Origin: the human T2T-CHM13v2.0 reference genome, Homo sapiens
Length of the DNA stretch: 64,000 nt
Assembly (NCBI RefSeq): GCF_009914755.1
Contig: NC_060929.1
Reading direction: 5' to 3' (one strand)
Notes under the pieces: model-generated
Seen by the model: only the letters and a program-made list of their open reading frames with translations
What the model was told of the DNA's origin: nothing
Databases searched by the model: none
Made by a program: the position numbers and the translations under genes
Part shown: positions 40,746 through 55,467 of the stretch, in pieces
Layout of the letters: every line of letters begins with the position of its first letter
How positions within the stretch are numbered: the first letter of the stretch is position 1

Positions 40746-43210
40746 AAGAATGCCTTTAAAAGACAAGAGGATGACCAGGGTTGGGAAGGGGATCCCACAT
40801 AATCAAGAGGTGGGGATTTGGGGTAATCATTCTATATTTAGGTATTTTAATTGGTTTTTTTAGATTATAGATGTATACACTCATTAATAACAAGGTTCAA
40901 AAAATATAAATATGTATAAAGTAAAAAGGGAAACTTGCCTGCCATCACATCGCTCCACAACCTTCTGTAAGTGACCATTGTTCATGTTTGGTTTGGAAAG
41001 ACTTTTCCTATGCATAGACATGCACACACTTCTTTTTTGTAGTTAGTGAAATCATACTATACATACATGTTTGCCTTTGATTGGTTTGCTTATTAATAGA
41101 CCAATAAATATGTCTACTTCATCATTCTTTTTAATGTCTGTAAAATACATAGTATGGATATTTCTCCTTTTTAAAAGTGTTAGATTATACTTCAATTTTT
41201 AAAAGCATTAAAATATGTTAGCTTGTATAGATACTACTAGAAAATAAAAAGTTAGATGAACTTTTTCTCTTGGGTGAATTTTTAGACAGTGTAAGATAGA
41301 TGACAGACCACACTGACAAGTAGTTCAAGAATCTGATTTTTGTGGAGAATTTTTTTTAACTATTATATTTGAGGTGTTCAGTGAAAAGTTATTTTCCTTT
41401 CCATACCTTCCCCCCATCTCTTAGTTTCCTTCTGCAGAGGCAACCAGTGTTACCTGCAAGTTTCTTCTGCATCCTTCCAGAGATACGCCAGGCATACGCA
41501 TGTGCATGTGCAAATATAATCCCTCCTTTTTGCTTATTAAAAGTTATTTTGCACAAGGGACCCATGAGTCTAATGGCAATGGGACACTTTAAGCCTCACT
41601 ATCCAGATCAGCCTCTGCTCTTCATTGTTGTGGGGTTTTTTTTAAATTGTTATTAAAAGTACATTTTGGAGAGCAAACTAAGTCAGATTTGGGGGGATTT
41701 TTATCACTCAACATTTTGTTGTGAAATGCCCTACATATAGGGAAGTTGAAACAATATTATACCAACCATCCTCTACCAGATGGAAAAATTGCAAACGTTT
41801 TGCCATTTTTGCTTCTTCTTTCTCTTTCTCTGCCATTATGACATTTCACCTGTACAAAATTCAGCATGCATCTCCTAAGAATAAGGATATTTTTCTACAT
41901 AACCACAATAGTAAGAATCTTAAACATACTTCCAGAATATCCAATCTATATTCAAATTTCCACAGTTGTCCCCCAAAACATGTCTTTTACAGATTTTACT
42001 TCCAGACCAAGTTCAAATCCACATTTATGGCCTACATTTGGTGTCTTAGTTTCTTTTCATCTAATCAGTCACCACACATTTGTTGTTATGTTTATTTAGA
42101 AATAAGTTGTTAGACTCTGTGTATATGTTTTGTGTTAGTAGAAAATGATAATAGTTGTAGTAGGATGCATCGGAGTAAAAAGGAAAAGGCTGATCAGGGC
42201 CAGAGGTCAATGACTGACCTGGGGGTTCTGGGAACCTCAGGCCCAAAGTAGTTATAATGGGACTTAGGAGATCATTATCTCAGCTCACCTGTAACCTATA
42301 CTTTGGCATATTGATTGAAAGGCTCTGGGTTATTAAAAAAAAAAGGTGACAGAGTTAAAAATAACAGTAACAGTGACAAGCAAGATAGAAATATATTTCT
42401 CTTTCATGCAGCACAGCTCTGCTCCACAAAGCCTTCAAGGCTGATTGATAGGTGTTCTGTGGTATAAGAGACTAAGTCTCTAGGGTATTATCATTATCCA
42501 GGTGGTCCGGGATGACTCACCACCCCCAGATTTTAGTCAGTCGGAAGTGGGGAGATGGTATACCCTGCAAGTTGCTCAGTACCTCCATGCATGTCTGACT
42601 GGCCAGAACTTAATCTAAGCTTCAAGGGAGGTTGGGAAGTGTAGTCTTCATTCTGGGGAGCCATATACCAGCTAAAAGTCCCAGTATCTTAGAAGGGGAC
42701 CAGTATGGGGACCATGAATACTTTCTGTGACAGACTTAATACTTTATTAATACCACTTATAACCAGATAATACTTTACTATTTATAAAACATTTGCTTTG
42801 CAAGCCAGGTCTACACTGCCTTCATAAAAAGTATTTCTAATACTATAAAACTTTGTTCATAAATCATTTTGCTTTTGAATTAACTAAGCAAACCAAACTA
42901 AGAAACCAAATTTGATTCTTTTGACAACATTAATCATGAATGTTCAGTAACTTTACAACCCTCCACTTGGACAGGGGAATTATTAGAAACAAATTATTAT
43001 TGTAACTCTACAGCATTTTAGACTTTGCCTTACAAAATACTTTCAGGGATGTTTAAAAGTGTATAGCTGCCAGTTTATTTAAAAACGACTAGAATAATAG
43101 GTCCAACTTCACAAGGGTCATTGTACGAGGACCAAATTAGATAAACCATGCTTAGTATATCAGAAGACACATAGTAAGCACATGATAAATATTAGTTAGC
43201 ATGATGATTA

Positions 43211-43813
<603 letters not shown>

Positions 43814-44559
43814 TGAGTATGCTTGGCCTGCATTCCAGCTCACTGTCACAGGGTCCCCCTCTGTCACTCTAGGGCACCAGGCAGCCTGGCACATCTACAG
43901 AAAGAACTCTGAGGAGAGGGGCCTCTCGGCCCATAGTTAAATTGTCCTTATTGTCTGACCCCTGGTCCTTATCTGGAGACCGAGCCCCAGATGCCATGTG
44001 CACTCACTCCCCTGTCAGCCTAAGGGGCACATCTGGCTGCCACACATCTCACTCCATAAAGCCATTCAGGAATTGGGAAACCCGCTGTCTGCAAAGGCAA
44101 CATAAATCAGCAAGGCTGTTTCTGAGTTGCACAACATGACACCACAGCAGCTGGAACAAAGCTGCAGGCCCCACATGCCAGCTTAGGCCCTGCCTCTGTG
44201 TGCTTCCCATTCCAGTGGGAATGATTTTCCCATCCTAGCCCAATAGGGTGAGGCTGAGCTACGCCGACACTGGGAAGAGAGCTAGTGTCATTAAGTGGAA
44301 TTGAGTTTCGGATCTAGGGAAAGTTACAAGAAATGTGCCCTCCACATTCTCAAACTCTAACCTCTACAGGCCCATCCCTTCGCCCCCTTCCCTCGCTCTT
44401 CCAGCTGGCATTCTCTGTGCCTTTTCTCTTAAAAATTTCCTTCCACTTTTGAAAATCTTTCCCCAGGATGCCCAAAGCAAAGCCTAGAACAGAGTACGTG
44501 TTGGAGTTAACACAACATATGTTCACTAGAACTGCAACATGAAAAGAGCTTGACAGTGT

Positions 44560-44795
44560 GCGTGAAACCCCAGACTGGGCGAGAGGATTCACTCCCCAGT
44601 TACTTGGACCTGTGTTTGTGTCCTGACCTTGTGTGAGACCGGGCAGATTACCCAACCACCCTAGTTTCTACCTCTGTAAAATGAGGGTGCCCGTGTCCTC
44701 TACCTCCTAGGGGTACTGCAAGATTCAGTGCAATGATGCCTAGAAAGCATGCAGCCTACTGTCTGGCCCACAGTCAGCATCAGTTAACATGAGCA
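44560..44795. mobile_element. MIR
   Basis: tgtgtgagaccgggcagattacc...tttctacctctgtaaaatgagg. Confidence 0.7.
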
Positions 44796-44809
44796 CTCTC
44801 ATATAAAGC

Positions 44810-45620
<811 letters not shown>

Positions 45621-45878
45621 TAAAGAGAAGGCTCGTTCCCCACTGTTGGGACTCTCACTTCAGTCAAACTAATAACTGAACATTCATCATCTATATGGCC
45701 TAATAACCTTTAATAGCTACTATTATGAATATTATGTGTCTATTACGTAATCTTGCAGTTGGTAGATACGGCGAACTGAATGTTAAGAGGTGCTTCGCTG
45801 GCCAGTTCCTAACGTAAGTTGAAAACTTGTGATGCTCACGGGAGCCTCGTTTTTCCCTCCTCCCCACCCTGCCTGCAG

Positions 45879-46083
45879 GGATCGCCTCCGGACCACCACC
45901 AACGTACTGGGAGACTCCCTGGGAGCTGGGATTGTGGAGCACTTGTCACGACATGAACTGAAGAACAGAGATGTTGAAATGGGTAACTCAGTGATTGAAG
46001 AGAATGAAATGAAGAAACCATATCAACTGATTGCACAGGACAATGAAACTGAGAAACCCATCGACAGTGAAACCAAGATGTAG
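45879..46083 (+). CDS. SLC1A3: SLC1A3 terminal exon 10, coding part
   Basis: Acceptor ccctgcctgcag|G. Encodes [67 protein letters not shown], then TAG at 46081-46083. C-terminus ETKM fits a class I PDZ-binding motif. Confidence 0.97.
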
Positions 46084-48148
46084 ACTAACATAAAGAAACA
46101 CTTTCTTGAGCACCAAGTGTTAAAAACCATTATAAAATCTTTCCATCTCATTACAGCTCATTCGCTCCAGCAAGCCCGTCATCTTCCCTTTCCTCCCTTC
46201 TGATAAGACTGGAAAATAGTCCTCCAAAACACAAGGGAGGATTTTGGGTGGCCAAAGTGTACAATTTTCATCCCACAATTGAAATTTTTAAATCATTTCA
46301 TGTTAGTCTTACCGAATAAGGTACCAAGATCACAAATAGTGTTGATCAGATCTTACAAGTTTATGTGGCACACAATCCTATAAATGTGATTTTTTTATAT
46401 AAGTTAAAGAGACAAATAGTAGGCTAAAAACATTTTAAAATCAACTTTTGAAATTTAAAAATCTTTCAGAATACAATTCAGTTTTAGTTTCAAAATGTTA
46501 ACAACTTGAATTACAACCGGTTATCAGTTGGACAGTAAGATTTTATCCCTTTCTCTTCTGACTGGTATACCTATTTCATTAGTAGCTAGGTGCACATCTA
46601 CATCTAGCACAGCTGTGAGGACAGACAGAAGGCAAAGTTTCCATGTGGCCTTGAGCAAGTCCCATCTCACCTCTAGGCCTCAGTGTCCTCATCTATAAAA
46701 TGAGGGACTTCCCTAGAAGTCTTCATGGTCTCTTCCAGCCCAGACATCCTGTGATGTCATGAAAGCACCTGCCCTCTGTTTCCCCTCAGAACACCCTGTA
46801 CCATCCATGGAGCACGAGGCCTTCAGAAAAGACACTTCAATGGGAGTGAACATTTCTAACTAAGGACAGGATGGCTGTGTGTGGTGGTCACCAGGTCCTG
46901 TGAGCAAAGTGCAGGTTATGCAAGTCGCCAGGCAGGAGGCCATTCCAGGAGTGGGATTATTCATCAAACTCTTTGCCCAGTTCATCCCAATGGGGGAAGT
47001 ATTCCCTTCTTTCCTACTCTGGGAAGAATGTCTCCTGCCACTCCTCAACTGATGATAGACTTCGAAAACAGATGAGAAGACTAGCAGCTAGCAAGGGTGC
47101 TTGTGGTCACACTGTGGAACACTAAAGAGCTAGGAAAGAGTTGAGCACAGGCAACATTACAAACAAAGGATTTGAAAACACCAAGAGTACAGGTCTTCTT
47201 TAAGGAAGAATAAAAAAGAAGAGGTTCATTTTTCTGGCTTTTTTTTTCACCTGAAACACTTTTTCTCGAGTCCAAAATCATTCCCCCCGTGAAGTCTGCT
47301 TACCAAAACATAAGACGACTTATATATTTGAAAGAAGTCAAATGAATGAGCTCTCTAATAGAAGTCCATGAGTTGAGTGGGTATTTCTTATTTGAAAGTG
47401 TTTTTCTTTAATCAAAAGTCCTTAGAATGAGGGAAACAAAATATTTATTTGTTTTGGAATCCCACTTATCAAATCATTCAAAACTTTCAGCTGGAGTGGG
47501 GTTTGCTTTTGTTTTGTTTGTGTCCATAAGAGAAATGGTAGAAGATGAATCAGTATGAAGACACTGTTAATGAGGTTATGAGAAAAAAACAGCAGGGGCA
47601 TTAGTTTCAGGCAAGGCAGCTCCCAGGTTTAGAGATTAATTTTTACCCCCTAAGGAATATCCAGTCAAAGACGCTGAGTGGGAGCTGTCAGGCAGTAGCA
47701 GCTGTGTTTGAGTTTCTGGCTGAAAATGGTGAAGAATGGACTTAATTATGCTAACAAACTGAAAAATCTAGACATAGATCCTCTGATATACAATTAGAGA
47801 TATTTTTATATAGACCCCAAGCATTCTGTGCATAAAAGTTAACATTAGGCTGTGGTGCAGTAACCATTTAATGTCGAGGCTCTATTTCGGAAATACACTA
47901 CAAATGTTAAAGTACGTGGCTGTCCTCTTAAGACACTAGTAGAGCAAAGACTTAATCATATCAACTTAATTCTGTTACACAATATGTGTTTTTTAATATA
48001 CTAACCATTTCTTATGGAAAGGTCCTGTGGGGAGCCCATCCTCTCGCCAAGCCATCACAGGCTCTGCATACACATGCACTCAGTGTGGACTGGGAAGCAT
48101 TACTTTGTAGATGTATTTTCAATAAAGAAAAAAATAGTTTTACATTAA
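46084..48148 (+). other. SLC1A3: SLC1A3 3' UTR (end approximate)
   Basis: Follows the stop codon. CpG-poor, AU-rich, ends ~20 nt after the AATAAA at 48121. Confidence 0.8.
46640..46756. mobile_element. MIR-family fragment inside the 3' UTR
   Basis: tgtggccttgagcaagtc...cctctaggcctcagtgtcctcatctataaaatgaggg matches the MIR core. Confidence 0.8.
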
Positions 48149-48175
48149 CATCTTTGCACGTTGTTGTTATTCTTC
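48121..48175 (+). terminator. Main polyadenylation signal with downstream GU-rich element
   Basis: AATAAA at 48121-48126, upstream TGTA motifs, and downstream GTTGTTGTTATT (~48160-48171). Confidence 0.8.
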
Positions 48176-48722
48176 TCCTCAAAGAAAAATACATTTTCCA
48201 TTCATGGAAATATTACAATAAGCTCAGGGCAGTCTCTGGAAGGATCCCATGCAGCAAGGTAAAATCTTGGCAGAGCCAGCCACAAGAAAATAAGTAAGGA
48301 CATGCTCTCCTGCTCAACTCCAAGAACTGGAGCTGGAAACAGGAGGAGGTGAGCGGAGCACTTTGCTGTAGCAGGCCATACTTCCTTGTCCATGTCAGAT
48401 TCAAATTTCTCAGATGAATTGAATCATTTCCATGTCGGGATTAGAAAAGTGTGATACCACCATGGGCCCTTCCGAAAAAGTAACTTCCTGTCTGACCTCC
48501 AAATTAGGTAGATTTATCTCTGTGATTATTACCACCATTTGTGAAAAGAGCTAACTAAGATCTCAAGGGATTTCCAGAAACAGCCATTGTGCTGGTGCTC
48601 TATTCATTAAGAACAGCTTACGGATGACTACTTTTCATCATGCTTTTTAGTAAAGAATTCGCAGGCAATATCATGAAATCTCCAGATTGAAGTAGTGTCT
48701 GGAGCCTATAATCTGACCCTCT

Positions 48723-48741
48723 CTACCAGCAGGTGGCAGCC
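48723..48741 (+). promoter_or_regulatory. CTCF motif
   Basis: CCAGCAGGTGGCAG matches the core consensus CCASYAGRKGGCRS exactly. Binding is not shown by sequence alone. Confidence 0.7.
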
Positions 48742-49370
48742 ACCTAGAGGAAAGGCTCTTAAGTTGGATCCATGGACCCCTAGGTCATCCACATGAGAGT
48801 TCAATAGGTTCATCGCCCTTGAAGTTGTGGGGAAAGTTTTGTGCATTTGCCTTTTTCTGGGGGTAAAATTCTTAATTTCAATCGGTTTCTCTAACAGATC
48901 TTACGACTAAAAAAAAAAAAAAATTTACAAATCGCTATGTTTGAACCATACACCCTAACTTTTGTGAAGGCATATGTGGTATTTACATGACCAGTTTGGG
49001 AAAAGAAAGGCTGCTCACAAACTGAGGGAACCAAGCCTGGCCACCCTGAGCAGATCAATATTTGCCCCCTGTGAGACGTTCTGGGAAGTGCCGCATAAAA
49101 TCAATCCACTGCTAGGAAGTGCTCCCTTCTGCCGGGACCATTTTCTTCCCTTCTGCAGCCCACGCTGGGTTTTGGCCACCTCCACAATGCAGACATAAGA
49201 AGCAGGTCATCTGCCTGTGGGAGGTCTGTGGAAAGCCCCTTATGGTTAAGGGAAGTGCCTCTCAGCCAGAGTATGACAAAGAGGGTGGAGAAGCAGGCCT
49301 TAGATCCCAACATGTGGTAGTCACACATGTGCTCACAAATGGAACTATGAAAAATATGCAGGTTCACAGC

Positions 49371-49659
<289 letters not shown>

Positions 49660-49914
49660 TAAAATGTTTCTTATAAGTTATTACATTTAACAAAATATTT
49701 AAATCCTACCCTCAGAAGTTAGGAGTCTATGTCCTCCTGTATCCACATTCATCCTGGTACCACCACTGTCCCTTCCCACCCAAGCAAAATTCTCCTTTTC
49801 AAGAGAAAAAATCTCACTTTACCTCACTATACCTATAAGTAAAGGCATAGAAAAAAAAGTAAAATCCTTGACTCATCTACACAGTGTTGAAAACAGAAGT
49901 GTGAGTTCTGTTAG

Positions 49915-50390
49915 CTGAACGGGCCTGGAGGAAGCGTGGCGGGAAGGCTGGATCCCCGCCGCAGGGGCTGCGGGGCTGTGGCTGCCTGCGGGCTGGGCAG
50001 GGCCGGGCGCACGCCCTCCTTCCGGGTGGCCGCGGGCCCCGACCCCAGGCTGCCGTCAGTCGAGCGGCCTCCGCAGCGGCCGCGCTTCCCCTTCTCCCAC
50101 CCGGGTGGTCCCAGAACTGGAGCAACAATGGCCGGCTCTGTGTGGCCGCGTCCTGGGGCCAAAGCAGTCGGGACGTGTCACGCCGAGGGAGGGCTCCGAA
50201 TGAATACGCTGACAATAAGAAGGAAGGGAGAGCGAGGGAGGTGATGGGCAGCGTCCTAGAGGGAAAGCGGGAGATGAGAAATCTACGAGATCCGCGAGGC
50301 GGCGTCCGGCGAGCGAGCCTCATAGTGGCCACCAGGGGGAATGCGGAGCTCACCTTGGGCCGCTTCCGCGGGGAGCTCTAAAGGGAGCTG
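49915..50390. promoter_or_regulatory. CpG island downstream of SLC1A3
   Basis: Abrupt GC- and CpG-dense block, not repeat-like. Confidence 0.85.
50326..50344 (+). promoter_or_regulatory. CTCF-like motif
   Basis: TGGCCACCAGGGGGAATGC compared with consensus TGGCCACCAGGGGGCGC. Confidence 0.6.
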
Positions 50391-50799
50391 GGGCACTTCC
50401 TCTTAGAGATCTCACTTGGGTAACATCGAATTCCAAGTCTGCAGTGCCGAGAGGGAGCAATCTGTGAAAGCCATCAAGTCAGGTTTAAAATTCCTCAGTG
50501 CCCCCATGTCACTTTTCCCTCTGTTCACCCTGCTTCTTCAATAGCCTCCCCAGAGGACCCCCTTCCTTTCTGGGTATCCTGTTTTGTCTCCCTTGTGCCT
50601 CATCTCCCTTCTCTCCCATCTCCTCTTCCGGATTCTCATCTCCCTCTTCTGTCACTTACATGTTTTGCAGCTACAGACAGGTACTCAGAAGGTGGCATGG
50701 TAACGTTTTCCTGCAGGTCATGTCTCATCGTGCCCACAAAACTGCTGTCTCAACCTTCAATTTTGAAACATTCACAGCATGCTGAATTCCACATATAAG

Positions 50800-50957
50800 T
50801 AGGGTTGTCAGATAAAATACAAGACACACAGTTAAATTTGAATTTCGGGTAAATAACAATGTTTTAGTATGAGTATTAAATAACAATGCGGTGGTGTAAG
50901 TATGCAAAATACTGCATGGGGCATCCTGTAATTTTATGTGTTAATCTGGCAACCCTC
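50800..50957. mobile_element. MER53-like MITE
   Basis: Terminal inverted repeats AGGGTTGTCAGAT ... ATCTGGCAACCCT. Internal cagttaaatttgaatttc. Confidence 0.85.
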
Positions 50958-52599
50958 TAGACACTTGAAATGTGGAACTCAGAACAATTTGTATTTGCTT
51001 CAATGAAGCTGATATTATAGGTGAAAGAGGTTGCTTGGAGTGGGGGGATCTTCATTATAAAATAATCACCCCCATTTTGAATTTTTCTCTGAAAGCAAAA
51101 ACATGCTTTAAAAAGCAATTTAGATCTAACATCTCCTACTATTAATTGTTCTGGTGACATTATCACTTATTATGTGCTTGTAAATCTTGTGGCCATAGTT
51201 AAAAAGCTTGATGAATCACCTTTAGGATTTCACAAAACTGTCTTGAATAAATTAAGCAATACCTCAGTTATCCATAGTTGAGATATTTAAGACTGACATC
51301 TGCTTTTGTTTTCTTCCCTCTCCTATTTTCTTCTTTCCTTCTCTCACTCCTTACTTCTACCCTCCCCACTGCCCCAACATAAAATATTTTCTGTAATCCA
51401 TTACAGGGCTGAAAATTTTGGCATTCACATATTGTTCTCCAAAGACGGACACATTTTTTTCATTTGGGGAGCACCTATTAGAAAAGCACCCATTTTTTTT
51501 CATATTGTGCTATTCAAAGTTGATTATTTTCCAGTCTCTGTAAAGTTGAGAATGAGGCATTTTTCAGTCTCTTCAGGGAACTCCAGCCTCCATGAATGGG
51601 AATCATTCCCAAAAAAAACCCCTTTTTAAGCCAAGTCTGAAGGATATGAAAAAACAGGACCCAACTGACACCGCACAAGGGGAACAAAATCAAATCATAA
51701 ACTCTTTCCAATAATGACATATGCAAAATCATGTAAAGATGGTAGTGAGTGTCCTAGAAGATGGTGTCAGATGACAACTTTTTTATTTCTTTTCCAACTC
51801 TTAGCTTCAGAGGATCATAAGTCTTGGAAGCAGCCAGCCAGGAGCTTCCAGACATAGCTGTCACAGGGGAAAATAAAGACCATTTGGAAGTCAGCTCAGC
51901 CCTGCACAATGAACTGATGACTGGCCTGCCCTGGGGAGAACTCAGCACGCAAAGATTTTTGTCGGCAACACAAACCTCTGAATGCTATAACCAAATTCCC
52001 CTGCCCTTGGCACTCCAGTGCCTCAGTGAGGCCTTCTTTCATTTAAGCCCATGAGGAGCTGTTAGCTAAAGAAGTGGAAAACAAACATGAGAAAGTCAGC
52101 AGGCATGTTAGAAAACTCACATGGCTAGACTAAAAATAGCTTTACGCTTCCTAAAACTTAAAGGCCTTCCGCTTCAGAGTGGTGGTTGAACTCAAACTTC
52201 TACACGGGGATGGGTTGAATCCACACTTGTTATACCTGAATTCTTAAGCAGTTCAGAGACCCTGGCTGGTCCATTCCCTGCACCTCAGCATCCTCATCTG
52301 TAGATGTGGGGATTGCATGAAACCTACCGTCTCCAAATCAACTTTCATATCAAGTGTCTGTGTATTGGAGGGGATGCTAGAGTTAAAACGCTTAGTTAAA
52401 TGGTCAACTGCCCTTAGCATATGATAGGTTAAACTTCAACTTCCCTATCGTAAATGGGTATCATAATACCTTCTTTATTATGGTGTAATGAGAATTAAAT
52501 AGATAATAACTAGATATAAGATTCTCAGCACAGTTCCTGGCACTCAGGGAGATTCTTAAGATGTTCAGAACAACACTGGCTCAGTAGGGAGGAAGAGGC

Positions 52600-53220
52600 A
52601 CGGGGTGACGCTGGAGGAAGGGAGAGTGGCTCCCGGTGCCATCTGGACCTGCTGTGAGCTGGAAGGAACTCCCCGAGGAGGCCACAGACCTACATTGCCC
52701 GGGGGGGACGCTTTGCGGAGGTCGTCACCCCTGGAAACCGGCATCATGAGACACTGCCAGGCTTCTTCACGGAGGGGCCCGGGCCTCTGCGCCCGGGGCG
52801 GCCCAGCAACCCCTGCTCGCCTCCGCAGAGGCCTTTTGTCCCGCGGGCTCTCCCAGCGGCCCCGCGCTGCGTGGCCGTTTTGTGAAGGGCACAATCCGAT
52901 GTTCTGAGGAGACCACCCAGCTTCCTCTCCCAGAGTCTACCAGAGAACAAAACCGCCCCTTCGTGTGCCAGCGACCTCCCCTTCTGCCAGACCCCCTCCC
53001 ACTGGCCTCCTCCCTGCCCTGCCAAGCGGGGACGGAGAGCCAGCCGGCCCTGGCCCGGTGGGAACCCAGTTGATGGTGCGCTTATTAGCTGTCCTGAGCG
53101 CGGGGACAAACTTTCTGTACCTGGGCCGCTGCTGCCACCCTGCGGCCAAGACCTTTCTCTAGGCCCCGATGACCCAGAGCAGCCCGGACCAGACAACGTG
53201 CAAAGAGGAGCGCTTACAGC
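52600..53220. promoter_or_regulatory. Second CpG-rich island
   Basis: GC- and CpG-dense non-repeat block. Confidence 0.75.
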
Positions 53221-53313
53221 AAACTCCTCCCTGAGGGGCTCAAGGAAGGCTGGAGAGCCAGGAAACAGTTCCGATGGCTGAAGGAAAAAGGAACTCATGC
53301 TCTGTGGCCACAG

Positions 53314-53687
53314 CACTGATTCTCAAAGTGTGGTCCCACAACCAGTATCAGCATTCCCTGGGAACTTAGAAATACAAATTCTCAGACACCACCCTAGACC
53401 TACTGAATCATAAACTCAGAGGGTAGACCCCAGCAATCTGTTTTTTGGTTTGGGGGAGTTTTTTAGAGATGGATCTTGCTGTGCTGCCCTGGCTGAAGTG
53501 CAGTAGTTATTCGCGGGCACAATCATAGCGCACTACAGCCTGGAAGTCCTGGGGCTCAAGTGATCGTCCTGCTAAAGCCTCCCAAGTAGCTGGGACTACA
53601 GGTGCATGCCACCTTGCCCTGCCCAGCCATCTGTCTTAAGAAGCTGACCAGGGGATTCTGATGCACACCCAAGTTTGAGAACCACTG
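53314..53687. mobile_element. MER5A (hAT MITE) with nested Alu monomer
   Basis: TIRs cactgattctcaaa / tttgagaaccactg. Internal agacctactgaatca...aaactc. Confidence 0.85.
53441..53623 (-). mobile_element. Free Alu monomer (FRAM/FAM-like)
   Basis: Single reverse-complement monomer flanked by cagcaatctgt / cagccatctgt. Confidence 0.8.
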
Positions 53688-54094
53688 GTCTAGACTCTAA
53701 AAAGAAACAGACCTCAGAGGTGACAGAGCAGGATGCTAATCCTGGCTTTGCCTATGAGCTGTGTGACCTTGGGCAAGTTTCTTAACCTCTCCTTGCCTCC
53801 TCTGATTCCTATCATGATGAAAATCATTCCTAATTTCCAGGATTGTTGAGGATTAGATCAGAAAGAAAGGTGAAGTCACTGACATATATTCGTGCTTGAT
53901 AAAAGGTGCTTGCTTCCGGTGTTATTATAATGGGGTCATAAATGTGCCCGCATTAACACTAGAATGTACAGAGAAAACACAATTCCTCTTTTCATTTATT
54001 TAGCAGGTATTTATGGGATGCCTACTGTAATGGGCAATGTTGATAAAGCCCCTCCCTCCAGGGAGGTACATTTTAATATCTGTGTAATATAGGG

Positions 54095-54380
54095 TGCTAT
54101 GGACTGAATTGTGTTCTCCCACCCTTCACCAACATTCATATGTCAAAGCCCTAACCCCCAATGTGACTATATTTGGAGATGAGGCTTATAGGAGGTAATT
54201 AGGGTTAAATGAGGTCACAAAGATGGGGTCCAAATCCAATAGGATTGGTGGCTTTCCAAGTACAAGGAGAGAGAGAGAGATCTCTTTCCACAAGCACACA
54301 CCAAGCAAAGGCCATGTGAGGACACAGTGAGAAGGCAGCTGTCTGCAAGCCAAGAAGAGGGCCCTACCAGAAATAAGTCA
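54095..54380 (+). mobile_element. MaLR LTR (MLT1A-like)
   Basis: tgctatggactgaattgtg...ccctaacccccaatgtgactatatttggagat...ggccatgtgaggacacagtgagaaggcagc. Confidence 0.85.
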
Positions 54381-54681
54381 TGCTTAGAGGGTCAGAGGGT
54401 CAGACAGAGGCATTCCAGTGAAAGCAACACCGTAAACTGACGTATCTTCCTCTCCCCACACCTCTGCGAGGCAGTTCATCCAGCACGCTGCTTTTGAGCA
54501 TCGATGTGGCTGGACTACACAAGCAGGATTACTCTATTCTTAAAGATTCCCAGTTGCTGGTTTTAGAACTTAATCCCCCTTCCACATTAGAAATGCCCTC
54601 CTTTAGTGAAATTGTAAAGTTCTCTTACCACATATAGTATAAAAACCTTCAAGTACAGAAGGGAAAGGCATATATAGCCTG

Positions 54682-54898
54682 GGCTGGGCACGGTGGCTCA
54701 CACCTATAATCCCAGCAACTCGGGAGGCCAAGGCAGGAGGACTGCCTGAGCCAAGGAGTTTGAAGCCGCAGTGAGCTATGATCGTGACATTGTACTCCAA
54801 CCTGGGCCACAAAGCGAGACCTTGTCTCTAAAAAAGAGAGTGAGAGACAGGAAGGAAGGAATGAAAAAAGGGAGGGAGGGAAGGAGGGAGGGAGGAAG
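54682..54898 (+). mobile_element. Free Alu monomer (FRAM-like) with a GGAA/GGGA purine tail
   Basis: Single monomer 54682-54835, then a purine-rich repeat to 54898. Confidence 0.85.
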
Positions 54899-54975
54899 GC
54901 TGTTGTGTAGCAGGTGCCTCACAGTGATCCTGTGAATAGACAGAATTCTCCTCATTTCACACATGAAAATGTTGA

Positions 54976-55467
<492 letters not shown>

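Noticed and set aside
46081-46092. Possible stop-codon readthrough as in some other glial genes
   Set aside because: The context is TAG ACT, not the TGA CTAG readthrough motif.
49877-50381. Overlapping 79-158 aa ORFs in the CpG island
   Set aside because: Arg/Pro/Ala/Gly-rich products expected from stop-poor GC-rich DNA, with no recognisable domain.
52565-53316. ORFs up to 190 aa in the second GC-rich block
   Set aside because: Same GC artefact, with no homology recognisable.
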